This document shows positions 11,933-24,126 of a stretch of DNA of 64,000 bases, in pieces. Each line of letters opens with the position of its first letter. The first letter of the stretch is position 1. A program made the translations under genes and the position numbers. Below the pieces are notes generated by a model. That model was not told where the DNA came from and did not search any database. It saw only the letters and a list, made by a program, of their open reading frames with translations. The stretch lies in assembly GCA_951406725.2 (NCBI GenBank), contig OX597817.1, forward strand, positions 95,728,001 to 95,792,000. Direction: 5' to 3'. The stretch is from Octopus vulgaris. Its lineage: Eukaryota.

Positions 11933-12145
11933 AACGGGAAGCTTTATGAAAATAAACAAAAGACGAAGGCATGTGGAATATAAACAAACAATTGTATTAG
12001 TATGGCGCTCAAGAATATAAATAAAACAAGTCTTTTACGTTTCGAGCCTACGCTCTTCAACAGAAAGATACACAGAAAAGAAACACAGAAAGAAACAAGG
12101 AGAGAAAAAAAATGCGTGCAGAAGCTAGCGAATCAACATGGCGAA
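11933..12145 (-). mobile_element. Hammerhead-bearing short repeat in (TA)n, probable PLE pLTR remnant
   Basis: About 210 bp of unique sequence between (TA)n tracts, carrying a minimal hammerhead. Confidence 0.55.
12031..12068 (-). ncRNA. Minimal type I hammerhead ribozyme motif (A6U variant)
   Basis: UCUUU-CUGUUGA-A-GAGC-guag-GCUC-GAAA-CG-UA-AAAGA: stem I 5 bp, stem II 4 bp, palindromic ACGU stem III. Confidence 0.7.
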
Positions 12146-12284
12146 TATATATATATATATATATATTATACTCACACACACACACATATGTATATGTGTA
12201 TATATACATACACACACGCATATATGTATATATACACACACACATATATGTATATATGTATACAAACACACACACACACACATA

Positions 12285-12550
12285 TATGATGATTGCCTCA
12301 TTTTAACAGTGATAGCCATCCCATTAAAACACATACCATACCCCATCACACAACGCAATCACTCCGTTGATGAGCCGTCAGATGACTTTTAAGACCAGCT
12401 GCTGACTGACAGGGTTTAAAACACAAGTGGCAGATATTATTCAAGTTTCTTCTATATCTTTGCCCTTTGGAATCTGATTCTGAAGGAATGTTTTTGTCAA
12501 CTAGCATATGTCTTTTAAGCGCAGATATTGTCTTACAACTTTTGGGATAT
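12285..12550 (-). mobile_element. RTE-like LINE 3' end with C2H2 zinc fingers
   Basis: [14 protein letters not shown] and [21 protein letters not shown] followed by a stop, short UTR and ATC-repeat tail. Confidence 0.55.
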
Positions 12551-12623
12551 ACGTACGTACATCCATCCATCCATCCATCCATCCATCCATCCATCCATCC
12601 ATCCATCCATCCATCCATCCATC

Positions 12624-12655
<32 letters not shown>

Positions 12656-15468
12656 CATACATACATGCATATATACATACATACATGTATGTATGAATGC
12701 GTGCGTATGTGTGTGTACGTGTGACAGAAGTGGGGCGAGCACCTGACATTACTCGGGTTCATGCAATCAGAAAAAGTTAAGTGACCTTATCCCTTCGACT
12801 ACCTAGGGGCAAAACAATGGCCTCCAACATGGAACATTGATAATCACGTATATACATACGTTTGAATTCTTTGAGTTTTTGAAAAATTCTTTGAAAAAAA
12901 GATTTGTTGTTTGTCCGAGAATGTTGCATAACGCTTCATAAGATTGTTCAAGTTAGCATTTAAAAAAATGTGTAAATGAATAAAGGAGTAAATATAATTA
13001 CTAAAGCAAAAGACCTTACACCTTTCACGAATATAATAAATACGTATGATCCAGAAACAAATACAACGTAAAAAGAAATCAATAGAAATTTGTAAATTGC
13101 TTCAAATATATTCTATTTCCAATATCTATTGCCGCTGTTGAATGAATACAATATTAAAAGTACCAGGGAATGCATGTATGTGTATGTGAGCATGTGTGTA
13201 TATGCGTGTGTATGTGCATGTGTGCATGTATACATGTATACATGTATATATGTATACGTGTGTATATGTATTCGTCACAATACCCATTATCGTGTTATCA
13301 GCTCAGACTGTATATCAACGTCTATTTTAAAAAATGAATACATTATTTTAATGTACCTGTTCTGTAATAACATATAGTTTGACCTGTGTATGTGTGTGTG
13401 GAGGGATGCAGCAATTACTTATTTTATTCTTTCTGCAGCTTTTTTTTCTGCCTCGCTGTTATACTGTCTCTCCTGTGTCGCTTTTTGTCTTCTCCTTTGC
13501 TTTATCTCTCTAGAACTGTCTGTCTCTCCCTCATCTCACTGTGACATCAGCATTAATTCAGCAATCCTAAGTTGTACACACCCACACAGACAATTACAAT
13601 TGTAAAATAGATATCATCTTGCGGAAACGGATTAGGCTTCGATTACTGGAAATTAATTAGTAAAGCTATTAGTAAAGAACCAAAGGCTGAAATGTTCTCC
13701 ATTTGGGAGCACTTCTCCCAAATAGTAACAATATTAGCAATAGTCTCTGTGAATCCACGGTATGCTAGCAGTAACAGCAATTGTACAGAAAAGGAGAAAA
13801 CTTAATAGAAATGAAAAAAGTAGAGTCCCCTATTTGCCACAGATGAGGCTTCATATTACGAAATTTTCTCTAAACACTAAATCTAATACCATTCATATGA
13901 CATGGAGATGTATCAAATTTTTAATGGCTGTTTAATGCTGCTGCCGGTGTTATTGTTGTTTTTGTTTAGTTATGACTGAAGAAATGTACGATGGAAAGCA
14001 TTCGTACCGTGATCAACGAATCGTTTAAAATGTACCTAGGAAGTCTGTAGGGTTGGGACTTCAGAGAGATTTTAAGGATATATTCTGATCCATCGACTCG
14101 TCTGTTGAATATGGTCTAAAGTTTTCCATAGGAGACTGACGACCACTTAATTCGGCAGAAAGCAACTTTGAGATAATCTTTACAGGATTGACCAAACTGC
14201 TAGAAATAGCAGCGAAATTACATCCTTCAGTCTTAAGCGTTGATGCACATATAATCTGGTTCTGGATGGACACCGCTTGAAAAAAAAAATTAATTGGCCA
14301 AGGCCTTAACGCCTTTGATCATAAGGCTGACTTGGTTTAAATAACAGAGAGTACTTTCTTCTAAATCTTACAGTTGTTCAAAAGGGTAAGAGGAGGTGAG
14401 AAAAAGATGCAGCCTTTCTAACATATCAAAGAGAAGTAACCTGTCTTGAAAGTGACAATTTCACCTATATACATCAACAGAATGAAATACTCGTATTAAG
14501 CTAGATAGAATTAGAAATCTGCAAAAGAAGCTTTGGAGAAAATTGAACCTTCCAAGTGACATTTAATATATTTGACTACTCTCAGGAATGCGCAGAAATC
14601 AAACTCTGCGCAAATACCAACATTTTTTCCTTATTTTTCTTTTCCTCTTTTTCTTTGGGAAATAGAATTACATTATGTATTTATATTGAATTAAAAAAAT
14701 TGTGGTTGTAATGTCCAGCAACTTATCAACGTTTTCTGAAACTTTATTCTTATTCATTCTTTAATACAAATATCTACCTGCAGCGGCTAGAAATTGAAAA
14801 CAAGTACGTGCTATTAGAGAAACGTGTTTTTCGCTGGTGTGGGTGGGAAGTATAAGGAAGAAAAGAAAGATCAGGATAAGAATGAATTCCTCCTATCAAT
14901 AGCTTCTTAACTGACACCCATTCAGCTCATAAAAAGTCAACAGTGGGTGGATAGACCGACAAAGTAGTTGGCAAAGAGAACGGGTGGGTGGCAAAACGGC
15001 TCTTATCACTAAACATTCACCGACAGACTGACTGATTGTTGAAATTATTGTTGCTCACTAAAAATTCACAATAAACACAACAACAACAACAACAACAGCT
15101 AAAACTTTCCCACGTTTTAATAAGTAATACAAAGCAAGGTGACGTAGTTTACTATTTGTATGACTTAACCTGACAATAAACATCAGTGATACAAAAGTTG
15201 TTTTACACATACTAAGTATTAAATTCAACATCTTAAACATAGTAGTAAGAACAGTAGAAACAGATTCTAGTTTTAGTAGTTTTTTTTTTGTACATATAAC
15301 TAAAAAACTCCCAAGCTCTCATAGTTACTCCTTTTTCTTTTTCCTCCACCATATTCGATGTCGGAAAATATGGCACAGAAAAGAACACTAATCTATTGTT
15401 GGATATTAACATTTGTGTCACTGGTGGTAAGTATCTGTTGTATTAGTTTTAATTAGTGAGTGAGAGAG

Positions 15469-15501
<33 letters not shown>

Positions 15502-16916
15502 AGAATAGAGAAGAGAAGAGAAAGAAGGAGAAAAAGAGATTAGACAGACAAGATAAAGACATATAGACTCTTATAGCATTTGTCATTGAGTGTTCGAAGC
15601 TAATCTCAATTTAGACGAGAATGTTTTAATAAACAAGACGAACGAAAAGAATGCACTCGCTTTTTAGATAAAAATATACATGAAAAATTATCAGTGGCCT
15701 GTCAAAAAATAGGATATAGTTTTCATCTAAGTTTGTAAATAAACAGGTCGATCTGTATAAACATTATATAAACGAATTTAATGTATAAGTGTAAATGTTG
15801 CTTAGCGCGTGAGAGTTATAGAAACAGTTTTTAGTTAATTCAGTCAACGACGCAGTTTCGATTCTCTGTTGTAACAATTTCATTTCATATGAGCGGAAAA
15901 TACACTTCTTGAAAAATTTGCACGTAATTCATTTCCATTTTCCTCTTTCCTGAAAGAGTTGGCGTTTGTGTCTGGTCAAAACAGATCAATATTGTTGTCA
16001 AACTAATTACAGACCCTCGTGATCTTACATTGTTCGATGCGCACAAAGCTTCCTTATTCTTTCGATCTCTTTTAGAAAATGCACGTATATTGCATATTTT
16101 CATTTTTCTATACATTTTATAAAATTTTTGAGTACGCTTTATAAAAACTATAATGTTAGCTGTTCATTTTAGCAATTTATGTACAGAGTTCATTTGCTGC
16201 ATCAATTAATGTTGTCATCAATATCATGTTATTGATTCCATATCGCAATTAGTTACAGTTCTTAATAACGTTAAGCTGAATGACCGCGGTAGGAAGGTAC
16301 CAACTTAAGTGAGTTACAGTATGTAGTTTCTTTCCTCTACGCTCTCTGTGCAACCCCAACTCGAATCGACTTTGCAACTGATCTGTGTAACTATAATAAA
16401 TACCAGTAATATTCTGTGGTAGACTTAATCGCTTATAATTTTTCCATTTAAAAATAACTTTTGTCGGTTACTTCATTGCGTCCCAACTTATTGTAGTGAT
16501 AATACAATTGTCGGGACTTCTAATTGAAAATTTTGCGTTTACATGAGTAAATTGAAACCCTAATATCAAAATATACCATATCCACAGCATATGTAATACT
16601 TCTGTCTTCATTCTCCTCCTCTTACTACTACCAGATCCTCTACTACTGTGCGTTACGACCCATTAAAATGTGGTACAGGCTAAGTAGGGAGAGACAAACT
16701 GTCTACGCCGTGAATTTTCTGATTAAACGCTGTGTTGTTGACAATAATGATTACAACGAAAAATGATTACATCAGAAATTTGATAATGATGACGATGACG
16801 ATGATGATGATGTGTAAAACTTCCTGACAGCTAATAGAACGTATTAACGAATGCCAGCACTCAAACGTTTCATTAAGGTATGTATCTGTTTGTGTGTATG
16901 CGTTCTGCATGTGAAT

Positions 16917-17844
<928 letters not shown>

Positions 17845-17996
17845 TATAATATATATATACATATGCATACGTACACATACACAGAGAAACACCGCTCACA
17901 CATACATACAATATTAGATGAGACATTTAGGTATAGGCCCTCCCACGGGACTCAATAGCTATATCTATCGCATTCCAGGCGACCACATTTGCAGTT

Positions 17997-18046
<50 letters not shown>

Positions 18047-18605
18047 TATGCATGGAGTTGGTATTTTTTAATAAATCAAGACAGGAAATGAATATTATCT
18101 GGAAAAAAAATGACTAACAAACTAAAGTGTAAACATTTTATTAGAAATGTATACTGTGTTTGTCTCTTATTCATATATGCAAATACGCGCGCCCGCTCGC
18201 TCGCTTGTACACACACAAACATATACGCATTGGTGCATACCGATAATGTCCTCGAGTAGGCCACTTACCTTCTTATTACACCGGTCTATTCAAATGGATA
18301 GAGGCATAAAATATACTCACAGAAATAGGTAAATTTTAGATAATTTTATGTACATAAGAGTATACAGAGAGGCATATGATGAATCACTATATAAACAACT
18401 ATTTATATGCATACGGGAAATTTAGGTAGAATATGTACGCTAATGCAGACTGTACATTTGAGGAACCGCAAACTATGAGTGCATTCCATTTTATAGCAGA
18501 ATCAGCTGTAAGCAAATGAACTTCATTATATAATAGCTTGTTCCCTTGTCATTTATATAATCTCTCTCTCTCTCTCTCTCACTCACTCTCTCTCTATATA
18601 TACAT

Positions 18606-18818
18606 TTTACATTTTACGTTTTTACTTGTTTCAGTCATTTAACTGCGGCCATGCTGGAGCACCGCCTTTTAGTCGAGCAAATCGACACCAGAACTTATTC
18701 TTTGTAAGCCTAGTACTTATTCTGTCGGTCTCTTTTGCCGAACCGCTTAGTAACGGGGACGTAAACATACCAGCATCGGTTGTCAAGCGATGTTGGGGGG
18801 ACAAATACAGACACACAA

Positions 18819-18875
<57 letters not shown>

Positions 18876-19036
18876 CGACAGGCTTCTTTCAGTTTCCGTC
18901 TACCAAATCCACTCACAAGGCTTTGGTCGGCCCGAGGCTATAGTAGAAGACACTTTTCCAAGGTGCCACGCAGTGGGACTGAACCCGGAACCATTTGGCT
19001 GGTAAGCAAGCTACTTACCACACAGCCATTCCTGTG

Positions 19037-19038
<2 letters not shown>
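18606..19038 (-). mobile_element. tRNA-derived SINE family 1
   Basis: Full-length match to the other copies. Confidence 0.85.
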
Positions 19039-19095
<57 letters not shown>

Positions 19096-19101
19096 GTAAT
19101 C

Positions 19102-19773
19102 CAGAGGGTACCCAAAGGAAACCGTAATTTTGCAATATTATTTTATATGTTTACACTTTTATCGCCTTCAAAGTATTCTTCATTTGAAGCAATGCACCGG
19201 TCCAGGCGCGTTTGCTAATGTTCAAAGCAGTGCTGGATCTCTTGCGGAGTGGTGTCTCTTAACGCCTCCGTCGTTTTTTTCTTCACCTCTTTCACATCTG
19301 CAAATTCCATAGCACCAGCTTTCGTCACCAGGGATGACCTTCGAAAAATGGTCTGGATCAACTTCCAACTTTTCTTTCAGTTCGTGATATGTATTCAATC
19401 GTGACTGCTTTACATAGGTGACCATTTAGACAGGTGACCATTCCTAAAGCGTGAAAACTACTCGTAAGCTCATGGCAGCGTCCTTGTAAACTTTTTGAAG
19501 CATGACAACTGTTTCGGCCGCCGTTTCTTCGGCAGAAAACAGAATTTCACGAAGGCACGCTGTTCTTTCGTTTCAGCCATCGTAAAAATCGACGAACGAG
19601 GAAGAAGCACTGCAAAACAAAGACGCACAACGTGGCAGTAGGACACAACGCGAAGACGCAGGTTGACAGGCTGATGCCTGAGGGTCGCATCAAGTGGCTT
19701 CTTGCGGCGAAAGTTTGAAATACAAAGGGTTTGTCTCAGAGAACATTTCTGGTTACTTTTGGGTACCTCCTCG
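19102..19773 (-). mobile_element. Internally deleted mariner element
   Basis: Imperfect TIRs (GAGGGTACCCAAAGGAAACC / GGTTACTTTTGGGTACCTCCTCG|TA); transposase remnant DHFSKVIPGDESWCYG. Confidence 0.7.
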
Positions 19774-19781
19774 TATATATA

Positions 19782-20971
19782 CAGAGTGCGATGGGTAAAC
19801 TATCGCCCTTTTTATTTCGAGCATGCTCATTGTTTGTTTTTGATTTTGTTGACTACACAGTATAGTAGGTCCCGTTGGGCACAGTCTGTGAGAAAAACAT
19901 CACCATGATGCAATTCACTCTGTCAGAAATTTGGAAACGACTTGCTGTACTGCTTGGCATTCGCACCGGAAGTTCCTGTACGAACATTTCAGTGTTTGGA
20001 TGTCAATCTGAGGAGTGTGCTGAGGATTCGGAAAGAGTTGGGTGATTACGAAGGTACAGCATCTCGGAAAACTCACTCTGATCGTCCTGATAAGAAAAGA
20101 ACTCCTGAATTTGTTGGTGAGATCCAGGCCTTGATTGACAACGATCCCTCTAAGTCAATCACGTCAATCGCCGGGGACATGGGAATGTCTGAGTTTCTTA
20201 TTAAGCATGAAGACATTCAGTATTCCTCATGCAAGATGAGAAAAGGCCAAATTTTATCTCAAGCCATCAAGGACAAGAGAGAAGACTGCCATACGAAGTC
20301 TTTGAACAAAATCAAGCATCCCTTCCAACCGCACATACTTTGGTTTTTCTCAGACGAGAAAAAATTCTGCCAGGATCAGATAGTGAACATACAGAACAAC
20401 CGTTGGCTTACCGTGTCCCCAAAACATGTACCGAGAGTGGGGACGTTATGCCTCCATTCATCTTCCCACACGATCTCAGACTCAACACGGTGGAGTCTTA
20501 CGTCAAGTGCCTGGAGGAAGTGGTGCTGGAAGATCCTATGTCTGGCAACAGGACTCTGCATCAAGCCACACAAGCAGAACTCAGTCATGGCTATCAGACA
20601 ATTTCTGAAACCACACCACCCCTAACATCTGGTCACATAACTCCCCAGATTGCAACCCCTTTTGATTATTATGTGTGGGGCACAGTTGACCGAGAGACCA
20701 AAAAAACTTCTTGTAACACCAAAGATGAACTGAAGGCAAGGATTATGGCAGCATTCACTAACTTAAACAAGGAGATCATCTAGAAGAGTTGCAAGAGATT
20801 CTGAAGTCGTCTGGAGACTGTGGTTGGAGCCAATGTCGATTTTATTGAATAAATTCACTCTTTAGTATTTCAAGATATTTTTATGTAATTTTGGTAAATA
20901 TATCTGTTAAAATGAGATGTCAATGTTATTGTAATTTTTGCGTAATTTAGACGACAATGTATTCACCGCAC

Positions 20972-20975
<4 letters not shown>
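19782..20975 (+). mobile_element. Tc1/mariner-superfamily element, maT/DD37D-like, decayed
   Basis: TA|CAGAGTGCG...CGCACTCTG|TA termini; FFSDEKKF, QQDSASSH and NSPDCNP.DYYVWG motifs with frameshifts. Confidence 0.8.
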
Positions 20976-21029
<54 letters not shown>

Positions 21030-21033
<4 letters not shown>

Positions 21034-21343
21034 GGTATGTAGAAAAATACAACATGGACAAGAACGTATAACTCTTAGAAGACGACACAATAAACACGGA
21101 CAGGACATTCGAAACCCTCAGTCTTCAGTCAAGAACCGGATCATCGTAGTAATTTCGGCTGATTAATCTTGAGATTACTAGATCACGGCCAGCCCTCCAA
21201 GAAAAACTAAGCAACGAGCATTAGAAAAACTAAGCTGGAAGCGTAGATTTCCTGGAAGAAGGATCGAATGCATACGAACACCAGGACAGCAAAAGGGACA
21301 GATATAAAAAAACAAAAAACAATAATGGAATACAGAAACATGA

Positions 21344-21345
<2 letters not shown>
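21030..21345 (-). mobile_element. (TA)n-flanked ~315-bp non-coding repeat (family A) carrying a permuted hammerhead
   Basis: Unique segment between long TA tracts; ribozyme-like motif; sequence downstream of the motif resembles family B. Confidence 0.6.
21113..21180 (-). ncRNA. Candidate non-circularly permuted hammerhead ribozyme (family A)
   Basis: UAGUAAU-C^UCAAGA-uuaa-UCAGCC-GAA-AUUACUA-(12 nt)-UCUUGA-CUGAAGA-CUGA-GGGUU; stem III 7 bp and stem I 6 bp perfect; stem II register ambiguous. Confidence 0.6.
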
Positions 21346-21405
<60 letters not shown>

Positions 21406-21523
21406 GCATATATGGGTACAGGACGTCACCAACGGTTCAAACAACATGAAGTACGTAAATAAGCGAGTTAAATACGTAAACAACGAGACAAATGGAGACA
21501 GGACAAGTAAACACAGACAAAGG

Positions 21524-21588
21524 ACCCTTCATCAGTTATCGCTTGTCTATCTACGACTCATTTCGAGCATTCAATGACAATATGAGTC
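21524..21588 (-). ncRNA. Candidate non-circularly permuted hammerhead ribozyme (family B, left arm, core intact)
   Basis: GACUCAU-A^UUGUCA-uugaau-GCUC-GAA-AUGAGUC-(13 nt)-CGAUAA-CUGAUGA-A-GGGU. Confidence 0.7.
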
Positions 21589-21895
21589 TTCAAAGGCAGT
21601 TGCTCCCATAAATTCTAAAATGAAATTTAGGATTTATGGAGGGTCAAAGTTGAAAGCAAAACATGACAGTGGAGACATACAAGGAATCCGAACGAAAACA
21701 AACATAGAGGCTCTTTTGAAAAAAATATTTCTCACAGCGTTCAATATTTTCCTCTCGTTCTGGTCTAACGACCCTCCATGTTTGTTTTCATTCGGTTTCC
21801 TTGTATTTCCCCGCTGTCATATTTTTGTTCCCAGCTTTGATCTTCTATAAATCCTAAATTTTATTTTAGAATTTATGGGAGCAACTGTCATTGAA

Positions 21896-21960
21896 GACTC
21901 CTATTGTCGTTGAATACTCGAAATAAGGAGTAGATAGACAGCCGACAATTGATGAAGGGT
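21896..21960 (+). ncRNA. Degenerate permuted hammerhead (family B, right arm)
   Basis: Stem I UUGUCG/CGACAA perfect and stem II ACUC/GGGU, but core reads UUGAUGA and stem III is disrupted. Confidence 0.5.
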
Positions 21961-22081
21961 CCTTTCTCTGTGTTTACTTATCCTGTTCTCCATTTTTTCT
22001 CGTTGTTTACGTATCTAACTCGTTTGTTTACATATTTCATGTTGTTTGAACCGTCGGTGACGTCCTGTACCCTTGTATGCA

Positions 22082-22124
<43 letters not shown>

Positions 22125-22229
22125 ATGTATATATATCTATATCTATATATATAATATATATATTATATATATATAATATATTATATATTATTTAACTGAG
22201 CACCACGCATACGCATCCATCTCCAAGTA

Positions 22230-22267
<38 letters not shown>

Positions 22268-22278
22268 TATATGTATAA

Positions 22279-22438
22279 GCGCAAGCGGGGATGTGTGATA
22301 AAACGTTTGCTTCTCAGCACATGGTTCCGGGTTTAGTCTTGCTGTGTGGCACCTTGGGCAGGTGTCTTCTACTACAGCCTTGGGTCGATCAAAGCTTTAT
22401 AAGTAAATTCGGTTGATGGAAACTGCAAGAAGCCCATA

Positions 22439-22440
<2 letters not shown>
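22279..22440 (+). mobile_element. SINE family 1, 5' half
   Basis: Head plus GGCACCTTGGGCAGGTGTCTTCTAC core, ending in the internal microsatellite. Confidence 0.75.
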
Positions 22441-22492
<52 letters not shown>

Positions 22493-22522
22493 GTGTGTGT
22501 GTGTGCACGTGTACTAAATACT

Positions 22523-22713
22523 GATTTCAAATTTTGGCACAAGGTCAGCAATATCGGGGAACCTAGTACTGAACAGGTACTTTCTTTATCAACCTCGAAA
22601 GGATGAAAGGCAAAGTCACCCCCGACGGAATTTGAACTCAGAACGTAAAGAGGGACGTAATGCTGCTAAGAATTTTGCCCGGCGTGGTAACGATTCTGCC
22701 AGCTCACCGCCTT
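22523..22713 (-). mobile_element. tRNA-derived SINE family 2
   Basis: Minus strand GGCGGTGAGCTGGCAGAATCGTT...GAGTTCAAATTCC...CTTTGCCTTTCATCCTTTC, repeated many times in the window. Confidence 0.8.
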
Positions 22714-23199
22714 AGGTGTCTACTAAATTTTTGACAAATATGCTCAGCACACCATTATTAGAAAATCTAAGAAAATCTCTTCGTATATAAAATCATAAGA
22801 GAGATTCTCCTGACAGGACATATGGTGTCCTCTCATCCCTCTGTCTGATAGAAAAAAAAAACGAATGAAATTAAATCAACAAACCATAACCTGGCTATAA
22901 TAGCTAGCCTCATTTGCATATTGCGCGCTAGTTAGTGACATGATTAAATGATAAACACAGCTTTCATTAGGAAAGCTAAGATAGTTTAGCTACTTTACTT
23001 TTCTTTATATGAAAAAAATAGCTAGATATTTTCATATCTCTTTAAAGTTCCCCCGTAACAGACATTAAAAACCGCTGCTTAACTACTTGAAATTTATGTT
23101 TTAACTTTTCAAATTTATCTTGGCTTAAGGAAGTCACACTGAGGATTGCAGTAGCTTTCATGAAATTTTCGATATCAGCCGTTGTAACTTTCTGAAACA

Positions 23200-23990
23200 T
23201 TTACGTCTTAGGGCCAAATTGTTTCCTTTTTCTATGAGAAAAACTGACAGTATATTTTTAAATGCCATATGCGCTTTTGACTTCTTAATAGGATCGGTTA
23301 CACCGCAAACAAAATGAGCATGAGCAAATATCTCCAAAGGAAAAAAAGTGCAGATGTTATAACAGCTCCAGCAGTCAAGGAAACTAGCTAACTATAAACA
23401 TATACAAAACTTTAAAAGCATTTGCAAAGATCTCCCAAAATTAAGTGAAGCTATCAAATAAATTATCCAAGAAACACGATCACCAGTGAATGAAGCAAGA
23501 ATCTCAGAGAAAACATATGTCGACGGTTGTAAGCCTTGTTTGGTGAACCAGCAACCGCAGTTATTTTAACTTGATTGAAATCATAATGAAATGGAATCGT
23601 GATTTAATGCTAATGACCAAGACATACTGTCAGATGCTTGTTGCATCTCATTGTAATATTTATCTGGTTCTCCTATGTAGAAAACAGAAGTTCGTCACGG
23701 GCCATGTGCAATTGCGGCTGATGTTAAAACTATTTACAAGTATTCATGGCATAGTGCTAGTTTCCAGAGAAATTGATTGTAACTTCTATTAAATCCTGCT
23801 CTGGTGAGAGCTCTTTCAGTAGCCTCAAGTGAGTGGGGACATATTTACAGAGTACAATGGATTAAGTATGCCTAAATTAATTTTGTCAAAAATACTAACC
23901 AAATAATTAGCATTTTTTCTGCAAAGGAAGTTAGACAGCAGTATTGCAAAAGACGCAGAACAGTTAGATTTTTACCATGTTTTTTGTCGA
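23200..23990 (+). pseudogene. Decayed hAT (Tip100/ZMYM1-like) transposase C-terminal fragment
   Basis: MSKYLQRK and SCSGESSFSSLK*VGTYLQSTM (~23794-23859), resembling the hAT dimerisation motif S.ERSFS.LKR.KTYLRSTM. Confidence 0.6.
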
Positions 23991-24091
23991 TTGATGGAAA
24001 GGTGCTCTATTAGAAATTGGCGTTTGTATTTTCATTTAAGCAAAATTTCGAGTAAATCCTACCTCTGGTGCCTTAAGCTTAACGTCTCTCT

Positions 24092-24126
<35 letters not shown>

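Larger units (their letters stand above)
21410..22078. repeat. Diverged ~300-bp inverted repeat: two family B copies head-to-head
   Basis: ~21415-21712 is the reverse complement of ~21772-22073; microsatellite flanks on both sides. Confidence 0.85.

Noticed and set aside
12346-12550. C2H2 zinc fingers as a host zinc-finger gene exon
   Set aside because: No TGEKP linkers, and a short UTR with a repeat tail follows; it fits an RTE LINE 3' end better.
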